Shown one piece after another: positions 1 through 9,514 of a DNA stretch of 64,000 bases. Origin of the DNA: Bacteroidales bacterium UBA4181 (lineage in GTDB: Bacteria; Bacteroidota; Bacteroidia; Bacteroidales; UBA4181); contig DFUR01000048.1 in NCBI GenBank assembly GCA_002380425.1, forward strand, positions 2,890 to 66,889. The letters run 5' to 3'. Position 1 is the first letter of the stretch; each line of letters starts with the position of its first letter. The position numbers and the translations under genes are program-made. The notes beneath the pieces are model-generated. The model saw only the letters and a list, made by a program, of their open reading frames with translations, searched no databases and was not told where the DNA came from.

Positions 1-1
1 G

Positions 2-3000
2 AACCGCTCATATCTTACTGAAGCAATACAGTTGATGGGCAATGTCCGTTCCCGGTTGACCTTGTTGTCCCGGTTGGACAGTGTGCTGCGCCCTGGGTCT
101 ATGGACCTGATGCTTTTCCGTAGTTTTCTGGAAACCAGAGGGCTCGAAACCGGTTATGGGGTGCGGGATGTTCAGGTGGGTCAGTGGATCAAACTGGCCG
201 ATATGCAGCCCGAGGAGATGTCTGCAGTGCAGAATTTGTCCAGGCAGGCTCATAGTAAAGCGTCCCTGTTGATGGCCCAGTGGCAGGCAGTATCCAATGG
301 AACGTCAGTGGATGATCTGAAAGCTCTGGATAAAGATTTAGAAGAGTTTGTGGCTCTTGCAGCTTCGTTTGGCCGACAGGTGATGGATATGAGTGACTGG
401 ATTCACAGGAAACTCCTGGTGGTATTTTCGGTTTTTGTGGTCATGCTGGTGCTGGGTCTCACCGTGATGCTTTTGTATTTGGTCCGCTCAGTGAGTTTGA
501 AGCGACAGGAGCAGAGGGAGCAATGGATCTTTCAGGGGCTTAGCGAACTGGACAACCATATCCGGGGCAATCATTCCCCTCAGGAGATTTCTGACCGCAT
601 CATTCGCACCCTTAACCGTGTTTTGGGTGTTTCTATGAGTTCATTGTATGTCTGTGATCAGGAGCTACGCAAACTGAAGCTTTCTTCTGCCAGTGGCCTG
701 AAGATGGATGAGTTGCAAAAAGAGCTGAGTTTGGGAGAAGGTTTTTCCGGTCAGGCGGCCTTGCAGGAGGGCCTGCAAATCATGGAAACTGGGGGGGCTT
801 ATCATAAGTTCTACGGTGCCACCGGGGAGATTATCCCGGAATTTGTTTACCTGCTGCCACTCCGGTATAACGAGGAGCTTCAGGGAGTGGTGGAACTCGC
901 CTGCGGAAGGGAACTGGACGCCAAGAGCCGGCGTTTCCTGGAGCAGAGTGCCGACCGTCTGGCTGTAGCTTTGAGCTCTGCTCTGATGGTGGCTCGCAAT
1001 AGCGAATTGTTGTTGAAAAACAAGGAACAGGCCGAGGCCATACAGCAGCAGCAGGAGTTGAATCAAAGTATGCATGCGACACTGATTCGACAGAAAGCGC
1101 TGCTTGACTCTATGCTCCGGACTCTGCCGGACAATATCTACTTCAAGGATCTGGAAAGCCGTTTCTTGCGCATCAGCGATTCCATGGTTCGTTTCTTTGG
1201 AGTCAAGAGTGCTGAGGATGTGATCGGGAAATCGGACTTTGACTTCAAATCGCCCGAGAAAGCCCGTAAGTACTTCGAAGAGGAACAGACCATTATTCGT
1301 ACCGGAAAGGGTTTCTATGATGAAATTGTCCAGCAGACCGACAGCGAAGGCAATGAGGTGTGGTCCTCTATCTCCAAACTTCCTTTGTACGATGAAACCG
1401 GCCAGTGTATCGGGACATTCGGGATTTCCAAGAATATAACCAACTTTAAGAAGCTCGAGCAGTCTGTGAGGGAACAGAATGAGCAGCTTCTGGCACAGCA
1501 GAAGGAACTGCAGACAACCATATCCGGGATGGTTCAGGCTCAGGAGGCTCTGAAGTCCCAGATGGCTGAAAATGCTGAGATGCATCAGCTTCTGGAATGG
1601 GAGAAATCATTGATGGACGCCCTGCTGGGAAATGTGCCTGACCTGATTTACTTCAAGGACTCTCAGAGCCGTTTTGTGAAGGTCAGCGCTTCTATGGCCA
1701 GACGTTTCGGGTTGGAAGACCCTGCTGAGTTGGTCGGGAAGACAGACTTCGATATTCAGGATGCCGAGCATGCCCGGCAGGCATTCGAGGATGAACAGAC
1801 CATCATGAGGACCAGGACTCCTGTGGTGGGACTCGTTGAAAAGGAAAAGTCCGGTGATGAGGATCACTATGTATTGACCACCAAGATGCCCTTGCTCGAT
1901 CACGAGGGCAAGGTGTTGGGTACATTTGGTATCTCCAAGGACATCACGGAGTTGAAGAACCTGGAGATGGAGGTTACCCGTCAGAATGAGGAATTGATGG
2001 TGCAACAGGAAGAACTCCGGGTTACCAATGATGAACTCAATGCTCAGCAGGAAGAACTCAAGGCTGCCAATGAGGAGTTGCAATCTCAGGAGGAGGAATT
2101 GCGTGTCACCAACGAAGAACTTGAGGAGCGGGGCAAGGAATTGGAGATGGAGCGGAAGGAGGTGGAGCACAAGAATAAGGAACTTGTGAGGGCTCAGAAT
2201 GAATTGTTGCAAAAGGCCCGCGATTTGGAGCAGGCCAGCCGCTACAAGTCCGATTTCCTTGCCAATATGTCCCATGAGCTTCGTACACCCCTGAATAGTT
2301 TGCTCATTCTCTCCAAGATCCTCGCTTCCAACAAAGCGGGGAATCTAACCCCTGACCAGGTCAAGTCGGCTTCCATTATTTACAACAGCGGCAAGGATTT
2401 GCTTGAGCTTATCAACGAGGTTTTGGATCTGTCCAAGATCGAAGCCGGAAAGATGACCATTGAACTTGCTGAGACAGAGATAAGCGGAATCGCCGGTGAA
2501 TTGCTACAGTTGTTCCGCCCGGTTGCTGAGGAGAAGAAGCTTCAGTACCTTGTGGAACAGGAGAAGGACTGTCCGGAACAGATTGTTACCGACCGTCAGC
2601 GTTTGATGCAGATTGTCCGTAATCTGCTCTCCAATGCCTTCAAGTTCACTGCCAGCGGTAGTGTGGTTGTCCGTTTGGGGCTGGCTCCGCAAGGGTTCCG
2701 GTGGAGGAACTCTGACGTTGATCCCGGGCCGTTGCTGAGAATCTCTGTGCAAGACTCCGGTGTGGGTATTCCTCAGGCAAAACTGTCTGCGATTTTTGAG
2801 GCCTTTCAGCAGGCAGATGGGAGCATCTCCCGTCGCTTTGGCGGAACCGGTCTGGGACTGTCAATTTCCCGCCAGCTGGTGCGTATGCTTGGGGGAGAGA
2901 TTCATGTGGAGAGTGCGGAGGGGACCGGTTCTTTGTTCACTATTTATCTTCCGCTGACACAGACGGGTTCGGCTCCGGAAGTGGCTGCTCCCGTCCTCAC

Positions 3001-4261
3001 GGCTCCTGCCCAGAAAACACCTGAGATGGCCGTTCGGGTTGTGCAAGAGGTGCCTGAACATCCGGAAACCTCCAAACTTCCCTTCCTGATTGAGGATGAC
3101 CGGGATATGGACACAGCAGCCCCCATGATATTAATTATCCACGCAGACAAAGTTAAAGCCCGGAAAATACTCAAATTGTCCCGCAAGAGGGGATTTCATG
3201 GGGTAGTCTCCGGGGATATTGCCGGAGGTGTCCGTTTGGCAGAGGCTTTCCGGCCCAAGGCTATTATTCTTGCGGCCGAACTGAATTCTTTGTCTGAGGC
3301 GGCGCAATTGCGCCAGAGCAAATGGACCGCAAAACTCCCGGTGCACATCGTTTCTGTTGTTGAAGAGGGAATGTTCGACCAATTGGGTGAATCGGTCCCT
3401 CAGGAATCGAAGGAGTCGCATCACCCTGTCTCCATTACCAGCCGGGTGACTGATGGAAACAATATTCTGCTGGTTGAAGATGATTCAGCTACCCGTCAGA
3501 CGGTCAGGATGCTGCTTGAAGAAAAAGAGGTGCAGATTACGGAGGCGGTTACCGCCAATCAGGCATACGGGTTGTTGAAAACCCAGACTTTTGACTGTGT
3601 TATTTTGGATCTGGGGCTGCCCGATTATTCAGGCAAGGAATTGCTGGAGAAACTCAAGGCTGAAAAGATCGTGGTGCCGAATGTGATTATCCATACGGCT
3701 CGTGAACTCTCTGAGAAGGAATTCCGGGAGCTTCAGAAATTGTCCAGTTCCATCGTTGTCAAGGGGCTCAAGTCGGATGAGCGTCTGATGGATGAAGTTA
3801 CCCTGTTCTTGCATCATCTCTCGAGGGAAATTCCCGGTGTTCAGGAACCCAGGGAGGTTGTCCCCGCTGACTCAGGGGGTTTTAAAGGCAAGAAGGTGCT
3901 GATTGTGGATGACGACATCCGCAATATCTTTGCTTTGGCACAGGTGCTTGAAGAAAACGGAGTGGAGATCATGGAAGCCGAGAATGGACAGGTTGCGATT
4001 GACCTTTTGGAACAGAACCCGGACATAGACTTGATCCTGATGGATCTGATGATGCCCGAGATGGACGGATTCCAGGCAATGAAGGTGATCCGTGCTATGG
4101 ATGCGTTCAAGGATATCCCGATTATAACGGTTTCGGCCAAGGCCATGAAGGAAGACCACCTGAAAGCACTTGAGGTCGGGGCCAACGATTATATCTCCAA
4201 GCCTGTGGATGATGGAAAGCTTTTGTCCCTGTTGAAAATCTGGCTTAACAAGAAACGCTGA
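2..4261 (+). CDS. Multi-domain hybrid sensor histidine kinase (TM, GAF-like, 2x PAS, EEL coiled coil, HisKA, HATPase, pseudo-REC, 2x REC); probably 5'-truncated by the window edge
   Basis: The frame is open from nt 2 with no stop before the first ATG at 32. The first ~136 aa contain no TM1, so the N-terminus likely lies upstream. Visible elements: TM helix LLVVFSVFVVMLVLGLTVMLLYLV; tandem PAS units (PDNIYFKDLESRF... and PDLIYFKDSQSRF...); H-box MSHELRTPLNS (His codon 2273-2275); ATPase boxes DSGVGI and GGTGLGLSI; receivers with VILDLGLPD and ILMDLMMPEMDG. Confidence 0.9.
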   Translation, partial: NRSYLTEAIQLMGNVRSRLTLLSRLDSVLRPGSMDLMLFRSFLETRGLETGYGVRDVQVGQWIKLADMQPEEMSAVQNLSRQAHSKASLLMAQWQAVSNGTSVDDLKALDKDLEEFVALAASFGRQVMDMSDWIHRKLLVVFSVFVVMLVLGLTVMLLYLVRSVSLKRQEQREQWIFQGLSELDNHIRGNHSPQEISDRIIRTLNRVLGVSMSSLYVCDQELRKLKLSSASGLKMDELQKELSLGEGFSGQAALQEGLQIMETGGAYHKFYGATGEIIPEFVYLLPLRYNEELQGVVELACGRELDAKSRRFLEQSADRLAVALSSALMVARNSELLLKNKEQAEAIQQQQELNQSMHATLIRQKALLDSMLRTLPDNIYFKDLESRFLRISDSMVRFFGVKSAEDVIGKSDFDFKSPEKARKYFEEEQTIIRTGKGFYDEIVQQTDSEGNEVWSSISKLPLYDETGQCIGTFGISKNITNFKKLEQSVREQNEQLLAQQKELQTTISGMVQAQEALKSQMAENAEMHQLLEWEKSLMDALLGNVPDLIYFKDSQSRFVKVSASMARRFGLEDPAELVGKTDFDIQDAEHARQAFEDEQTIMRTRTPVVGLVEKEKSGDEDHYVLTTKMPLLDHEGKVLGTFGISKDITELKNLEMEVTRQNEELMVQQEELRVTNDELNAQQEELKAANEELQSQEEELRVTNEELEERGKELEMERKEVEHKNKELVRAQNELLQKARDLEQASRYKSDFLANMSHELRTPLNSLLILSKILASNKAGNLTPDQVKSASIIYNSGKDLLELINEVLDLSKIEAGKMTIELAETEISGIAGELLQLFRPVAEEKKLQYLVEQEKDCPEQIVTDRQRLMQIVRNLLSNAFKFTASGSVVVRLGLAPQGFRWRNSDVDPGPLLRISVQDSGVGIPQAKLSAIFEAFQQADGSISRRFGGTGLGLSISRQLVRMLGGEIHVESAEGTGSLFTIYLPLTQTGSAPEVAAPVLTAPAQKTPEMAVRVVQEVPEHPETSKLPFLIEDDRDMDTAAPMILIIHADKVKARKILKLSRKRGFHGVVSGDIAGGVRLAEAFRPKAIILAAELNSLSEAAQLRQSKWTAKLPVHIVSVVEEGMFDQLGESVPQESKESHHPVSITSRVTDGNNILLVEDDSATRQTVRMLLEEKEVQITEAVTANQAYGLLKTQTFDCVILDLGLPDYSGKELLEKLKAEKIVVPNVIIHTARELSEKEFRELQKLSSSIVVKGLKSDERLMDEVTLFLHHLSREIPGVQEPREVVPADSGGFKGKKVLIVDDDIRNIFALAQVLEENGVEIMEAENGQVAIDLLEQNPDIDLILMDLMMPEMDGFQAMKVIRAMDAFKDIPIITVSAKAMKEDHLKALEVGANDYISKPVDDGKLLSLLKIWLNKKR
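1975..2235 (+). repeat. In-frame heptad repeat coding for an EEL-type coiled coil (xxxQ/N-E-E-L x ~8) just upstream of the kinase H-box
   Basis: Translation reads NEELMVQ QEELRVT NDELNAQ QEELKAA NEELQSQ EEELRVT NEELEER GKELEME RKEV, with Leu at every 7th residue. Confidence 0.85.
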
Positions 4262-5853
4262 TGGAGCGTCCCAAAATATTGATTGTGGATGACCTGGTCC
4301 AGAACCTGGTTAGTCTTGAGTTATTGCTGGCCGATTTTGACGTGCAATTTGACCGGGCGACCAGCGGAGCCGAAGCCTTGCGAAAGACCCTCAAAGAGGA
4401 ATATGCTATGGCCATTATGGATGTGCAAATGCCGGGCATGGATGGCTATGAGACCCTGACTCTGATGCGTCAGCGCCACAAAACGCGCTTTTTGCCGGTT
4501 ATCTTTGTGTCAGCGATCTACCAGAGTGATGTGTATATCATCAAGGGGATTGAGACCGGGGCGGTGGATTTTATCCCCAAGCCAATTATTCCTGAGATAC
4601 TTATTGGCAAGGTCCGGGTTTTTCTGGACTTGCATCGTCAAAAGCAGGAATTGAAGGACCTGCTCGAGAAACTCGAACACAATAACGAAGAGCTGGAGGT
4701 TCAGAGAAAGAAGGCTGAGGAGGCTACCCGGGCCAAAGCTATGTTCCTGGCCAATATGTCGCATGAGATTCGTACTCCGCTCAATGGAATTATTGGCATT
4801 TCCAAAATTCTGGAAAAGTCGGAACTGCCCTCGGATCAAAAGGACCTCATCCAGATCATTACCAACTCCGGGATGAATCTGCTCAACATTATCAACGACC
4901 TGCTGGATTTCACCAAGATTGAGGCTGGTCAGATAGAGTTGGAAAGTATTGAATTTGATATGGTTGAGGTTGTACACAATGTGGTTGGTTTGTTCCGTAA
5001 TCTGGCAGAAGAAAAGGGGTTGCGACTGGGCTCTTTGCTGGATTCCAAGATTCCCAGGGTACTTCGGGGCGATCCCCTCCGTTTAAGCCAGATTCTCAAC
5101 AACCTTACCAATAATGCCATTAAGTTCACCGAAAAGGGAGAAGTGTGCATATCTGCCGAGCTGGTCTCCAGAACAGAGCATGAGGCTGCTGTTTTGATCA
5201 AGGTCACCGATACCGGCATCGGAATTCCTCCTGAGAGCATTGGAAAATTGTTCCGGGATTTTTCTCAGGCCGATGCATCTACTACCCGAAGGTACGGAGG
5301 AACGGGCTTGGGGCTGGCCATATGCAAAAACCTGGCAACCCTTATGGGTGGACAGATTGGAGTGGACAGCCAGCCTGGAGCAGGGTCCAGTTTCTGGGTG
5401 CGCCTGAACCTCCAGGTGCATCAGGGGAATGCCGATGCCGGCTCGGTCGGGGAGCGTTCGGTTCCTGATTCGTTCCGGATCCTCTTTGCAGAAGACAATC
5501 TGATCAACCAAAAGATTACCCTGATGTTGCTCAAGCAAATGGGCTTGCGCTGTGATGTGGTGTTGAATGGTGAGCTGGCAGTCGAGGCTCACTTAAAAAA
5601 ACCTTATGATTTGATCCTGATGGATATGCAAATGCCCGTTATGGATGGAATGGATGCTGCACGAAGGATCCGGGAGGACGAGAACGCCCGAAACGAAAAG
5701 GCGCCGGTGTATATTGCCGCCGTTACCGCGAATGCTTTTGTTGAGGACAAACAATCATGCTTGGATGCCGGGATGGACGAGTTTTTGGTCAAACCGTTTA
5801 AAGAGTCGGATTTAAGAACTGTAATTCAGAATGCCCTCAGAAGAAAAAAATAA
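4261..5853 (+). CDS. Hybrid histidine kinase / response regulator (REC, coiled coil, HisKA, HATPase, REC)
   Basis: N-terminal receiver (ILIVDD...[11 protein letters not shown]), H-box [11 protein letters not shown], ATPase boxes DTGIGI and [10 protein letters not shown]-terminal receiver ([12 protein letters not shown]). The start overlaps the upstream stop by 1 nt (TGATG). Confidence 0.9.
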   Translation: MERPKILIVDDLVQNLVSLELLLADFDVQFDRATSGAEALRKTLKEEYAMAIMDVQMPGMDGYETLTLMRQRHKTRFLPVIFVSAIYQSDVYIIKGIETGAVDFIPKPIIPEILIGKVRVFLDLHRQKQELKDLLEKLEHNNEELEVQRKKAEEATRAKAMFLANMSHEIRTPLNGIIGISKILEKSELPSDQKDLIQIITNSGMNLLNIINDLLDFTKIEAGQIELESIEFDMVEVVHNVVGLFRNLAEEKGLRLGSLLDSKIPRVLRGDPLRLSQILNNLTNNAIKFTEKGEVCISAELVSRTEHEAAVLIKVTDTGIGIPPESIGKLFRDFSQADASTTRRYGGTGLGLAICKNLATLMGGQIGVDSQPGAGSSFWVRLNLQVHQGNADAGSVGERSVPDSFRILFAEDNLINQKITLMLLKQMGLRCDVVLNGELAVEAHLKKPYDLILMDMQMPVMDGMDAARRIREDENARNEKAPVYIAAVTANAFVEDKQSCLDAGMDEFLVKPFKESDLRTVIQNALRRKK

Positions 5854-6712
5854 GAAAAATCAGGAGGATTCCGGTGGATCCAGCGCCGATATCCAGTCCA
5901 TCGAGATGAGACTGCTGCTCGAAGCGGTCTTTCTGAGGTATGGCTATGACTTCAGGAACTATTCCAAGTCGCACCTTCGTCGCAGAATTGTGCATCATCT
6001 GGGAATGAATTCCCTCTCTTCGGTGTCTGAACTGCAGGCAAAGATTATGTGGGACCGTTCGGCTTTTAACCGGCTGATGACTGACTTGTCTATCAATGTG
6101 ACCGAGATGTTTCGCGACCCGGAATTCTATCAGGCTTTCAGGACACAGGTCATTCCCATGCTGTCCACCTATGCCCATATCAAAATCTGGCATGCCGGTT
6201 GTTCTACTGGTGAGGAGGTGTATTCTCTGGCCATTTTACTCAAAGAGGCAGGCCTCCTTGGACGTGCTCAGATCTATGCCACTGACTTTAACAAATACGT
6301 TCTGGAGGTCGCCAGAGAAGGCATTTACAGACAGCAGGAGATAGAACTTTATGAACAGAACTATCTAAAGGCCGGAGGCCAGGGGAAGCTTTCGGATTAC
6401 TATACCTCCCGATACGGATCCGTAATCTTCGATAAATCGCTGACAAAAAAAGTGGTGTTTGTGGATCATAATCTGGCTACTGATGGCGTTTTTGCTGAAG
6501 TCAATGTCATTGTCTGCCGGAATGTGCTAATCTATTTTGACCGGATACTCCAGAGCCGGGTGATTGACTTGTTTTACCACAGCCTGCCGGGTATGGGGGT
6601 TTTGTGTCTCGGGACCCGTGAAAGTCTTCGTTTCTCCGAGTGGGAGAGCAGTTTTGCCGTGATGGACCCTGTGAATAAAATTTTCAAGAAAGACCCAACC
6701 CTTGCTCCATGA
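5831..6712 (+). CDS. cheR: CheR-type protein-glutamate O-methyltransferase
   Basis: SAM-binding motif IWHAGCSTGEEVYSLAILL, CheR N-terminal helical segment, CRNVLIYF motif. It overlaps the upstream ORF by 23 nt. Confidence 0.88.
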   Translation: MPSEEKNKKNQEDSGGSSADIQSIEMRLLLEAVFLRYGYDFRNYSKSHLRRRIVHHLGMNSLSSVSELQAKIMWDRSAFNRLMTDLSINVTEMFRDPEFYQAFRTQVIPMLSTYAHIKIWHAGCSTGEEVYSLAILLKEAGLLGRAQIYATDFNKYVLEVAREGIYRQQEIELYEQNYLKAGGQGKLSDYYTSRYGSVIFDKSLTKKVVFVDHNLATDGVFAEVNVIVCRNVLIYFDRILQSRVIDLFYHSLPGMGVLCLGTRESLRFSEWESSFAVMDPVNKIFKKDPTLAP

Positions 6713-7272
6713 TTCGCGCTATCGTCATCGGCGCATCCTTCGGGGGTATTGAGGCCATCCGCGAGATTTTATTGCATCTTACCCCGGAGGTACGGGTACC
6801 TGTGTTTGTTGTTTTGCACATCGGGAACAACCGGATTGACGGGTTTGTGAACTTTCTCAACAACCATACCCACTTCTTGGTTTCGGATGCCTGTGATAAA
6901 GACGAGGTCCTCCCGGGTCATGTATATTTTGCTCCGCCCAACTATCATCTTATGATAGAAGACGATCAAACGCTGACCCTCTCGGTAGATGCCAAGATTA
7001 ATTTTTCCAGGCCCTCTATAGATGTGCTTTTCGAATCGGCCGCCTGGGTGTATGGTCGTGATCTGCTGGGAATTCTGCTTACGGGTTCCAATGCTGACGG
7101 TGCGCACGGGATGACGGTCATCAAGCAATGCGGGGGAACGACCATTGTCGAAGACCCCCGAACGGCCACTTCGGGGGTGATGCCCATGGCTGCCATTGAA
7201 AGGACTATTCCCGACCTGATTTTGCCATTGCGGGAGATTGCCCCCAGGGTGTGCTCTATTCTGGGTTGCTGA
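6709..7272 (+). CDS. cheB: CheB-type protein-glutamate methylesterase, catalytic domain only (no receiver domain)
   Basis: Catalytic-triad contexts are present: GASFGG (Ser), VLHIG (His), LTGSNADGAHG (Asp). It is only 187 aa. ATGA overlap with cheR. Confidence 0.85.
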   Translation: MIRAIVIGASFGGIEAIREILLHLTPEVRVPVFVVLHIGNNRIDGFVNFLNNHTHFLVSDACDKDEVLPGHVYFAPPNYHLMIEDDQTLTLSVDAKINFSRPSIDVLFESAAWVYGRDLLGILLTGSNADGAHGMTVIKQCGGTTIVEDPRTATSGVMPMAAIERTIPDLILPLREIAPRVCSILGC

Positions 7273-7648
7273 TGCGTTCCGCAATCCGCAGGAACTGCTC
7301 CCGGCTCAGACTTAGTTTTGGCCTGTGGAAGTTGACATCGGCTTCGGAATTGATGGGGATCAGGTGAATGTGGGCGTGGGGTACTTCAAGCCCCAGCACT
7401 ACAACGGCAACCTTTCGGCAAGGGAAGGCTTTCCTGATGTTGCCGGCTACCTTCTGCGCAAAGAGTATCATCCCGGCTAGGTCTTGCTCCTCCATGTCGA
7501 AGAGGTAGTCCACTTCTTTGCGGGGTATGACCAGAGTGTGTCCTTCCACCAGGGGATTGATGTCCAGAAAGGCTACATACTTATCATCTTCGGCGACCTT
7601 ATAGGAAGGAATCTCTCCCGAAGCGATGCGTGAGAATATGGATGCCAT
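7256..7648 (-). CDS. HIT (histidine triad) family nucleotide hydrolase
   Basis: Histidine triad HAHIHLIP and typical N-terminus IFSRIASGEIPSYKV. The 3' end overlaps convergent cheB by 17 nt. Confidence 0.9.
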   Translation of the reverse strand: MASIFSRIASGEIPSYKVAEDDKYVAFLDINPLVEGHTLVIPRKEVDYLFDMEEQDLAGMILFAQKVAGNIRKAFPCRKVAVVVLGLEVPHAHIHLIPINSEADVNFHRPKLSLSREQFLRIAERISNPE

Positions 7649-7660
7649 GGCTGACAGGTA

Positions 7661-8134
7661 TTAGAGGGATATGGACAGAATCTCAAACCGTAGTTGCCCG
7701 GCTGGAACGGAGATCTCGACCACATCTCCGGTCTTCTTTCCAAGCAGACCTTTGCCGATAGGTGTGTTGATGGCAATCTTTCCTTCCTTGAGGTTGGCTT
7801 CACTCTCAGAGACCAGAGTGTATTCAAGAACGGCATTGGTCCGTGTATTCTTGATCCTGACCTTGTTCATGATCTGAACAGTGTCCACCCCGATGCGGGA
7901 CTCGTCAATCACTCGGCAGTTGGTGATGAGCTGTTCCAGTTTGTGAATGCGGGCTTCCAGCATGCCCTGGGCATCCTTGGCGGCATCATACTCTGCGTTT
8001 TCGGACAAATCGCCCTTGTCGCGGGCTTCGGCAATCTGTCTCGAAATGGCGGGGCGTTCCACGGAGGTGAGGTGTTCCAGTTCTTTTTTAAGCTTTTCGA
8101 GTCCCTCTTCTGTAATGTAAGAAACCTTTGTCAT
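7661..8134 (-). CDS. greA: Transcription elongation factor GreA
   Basis: 157 aa with a coiled-coil N-domain (EEGLEKLKKELEHL..., DLSENAEYDAAKD) and a C-terminal FKBP-like domain. Confidence 0.95.
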   Translation of the reverse strand: MTKVSYITEEGLEKLKKELEHLTSVERPAISRQIAEARDKGDLSENAEYDAAKDAQGMLEARIHKLEQLITNCRVIDESRIGVDTVQIMNKVRIKNTRTNAVLEYTLVSESEANLKEGKIAINTPIGKGLLGKKTGDVVEISVPAGQLRFEILSISL

Positions 8135-8432
8135 GGTATATTTTTAAGTATTGCTGTAAGGTATCCCGGTGTCACCGGAATCCTTTTCCCGTGACAACCC
8201 GAGGTTTATGCGATGCGATTGTTGTTAACGTAAATCATCAATACAAACAAAAAAACTCACTTCACACCTTTCGATGTGAAATGGGGAGAAAAACAACAGA
8301 ACAAACAACGACCTGTTGCGGGTAGCCCGGATGATCCGGGCCGATGTAAAGATAGAAAATCTTTGCGAATTGAACAAGGGGGTGAATTTTGTCAAAAGAG
8401 AAAGAAAAAATTTTTTCTTATCAAAAAACCAT

Positions 8433-8440
8433 TACCTTTG
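8433..8440 (+). promoter_or_regulatory. Candidate Bacteroidota -7 promoter box (TACCTTTG = TAnnTTTG) for rpsT
   Basis: Motif match 32 nt upstream of the rpsT ATG. Confidence 0.4.
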
Positions 8441-8472
8441 CATGCTGAAATTTTTTTAACAGACAATCTGAT

Positions 8473-8727
8473 ATGGCAAACCATAAATCTTCAGAGAAAC
8501 GCATCAGGCAGACGGAGACCCGTCGTGTTGAAAATAAATACTATGCCCGCACTGCACGCAACGCCGTGAAGAAGTTGAGGCTTATGACCGATAAAGAGGC
8601 TGCAGCAGCCGAACTCCCAAAGGTTTCGGGGGTTTTGGACCGTCTGGCCGGGAAAGGCGTTATTCACAAAAATAAAGCATCAAATCTCAAGGGGAAGCTT
8701 GCCAGGTTTGTCTTCCGGATGGCTTAA
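8473..8727 (+). CDS. rpsT: 30S ribosomal protein S20
   Basis: MANHKSSEKRIRQTETRRVENKYYARTARNAVKKLR is a typical S20 N-terminus; 84 aa. Confidence 0.95.
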   Translation: MANHKSSEKRIRQTETRRVENKYYARTARNAVKKLRLMTDKEAAAAELPKVSGVLDRLAGKGVIHKNKASNLKGKLARFVFRMA

Positions 8728-8733
8728 AATCTG

Positions 8734-8757
8734 AACCCTGGCGACAGGGTTTTTTTA
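8734..8757 (+). terminator. Rho-independent terminator of rpsT
   Basis: AACCCTG-gcga-CAGGGTT hairpin followed by a T7 run, immediately after the stop codon. Confidence 0.7.
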
Positions 8758-8792
8758 TTGCCCGGATATACTATAAAACAAATACTAAGCCA

Positions 8793-9470
8793 ATGAAGAT
8801 TAAAGATTGGTGTCCGGCGGACCGACCCCGGGAAAAGATGTTGCAACGGGGGTGTGAGGCACTCACGGATACCGAATTGCTGGCGATACTGCTGGGATCA
8901 GGGAGCCGGAATGAGACAGTTGTTGAAATGGCCGGGAGGCTTCTTCGTTCGGCTCGTGAGGACCTGAATGTGCTGGGACGTTATGGGGTGGCTGACTTCA
9001 TGCGCCACAAAGGTGTTGGAAAGGCTCGCGCTGTGGTTCTGATGGCTGCTTTTGAGTTGGGACGGAGACGACAGGCAACGGCAGCGGTACGTGACGAACC
9101 TGTTTCATCAAGCCATGATGTTGCGGCCTATTTTCAAACACGTATGGCAGACTTGCCTTACGAAGAGTTCTGGGTGCTGTTCCTCAACCGGGCGAACCGT
9201 CCTCTTGAAACATTCAAAGTCAGCCAGGGTGGTATTTCTGCTACGGTGATTGACTGTCGTTTGATCATGAGAAAGGCTCTGGAACTCCTTGCCAGCGGGA
9301 TTATACTCTGTCACAATCATCCCTCTGGAAATGTCTCTCCCAGTCCTTCGGACATGACTATCACCCGTAAGATTAAAGAGGCCGCCGCATTTTTTGATAT
9401 TTCAGTTGTTGATCATGTCATCATTGCCTCAGGAGCAAGGTACAGTTTTGCTGACGATGGGGTATTGTAA
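8793..9470 (+). CDS. radC: RadC-family JAB/MPN domain protein
   Basis: JAMM motif HNHPSGNVSPSPSD and N-terminal HhH-like LTDTELLAILLGSG. Confidence 0.9.
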   Translation: MKIKDWCPADRPREKMLQRGCEALTDTELLAILLGSGSRNETVVEMAGRLLRSAREDLNVLGRYGVADFMRHKGVGKARAVVLMAAFELGRRRQATAAVRDEPVSSSHDVAAYFQTRMADLPYEEFWVLFLNRANRPLETFKVSQGGISATVIDCRLIMRKALELLASGIILCHNHPSGNVSPSPSDMTITRKIKEAAAFFDISVVDHVIIASGARYSFADDGVL

Positions 9471-9514
9471 GGGCCGGAAATTGTTTTTTTTTGTATGTTT
9501 ATCAGAAAAAATAT

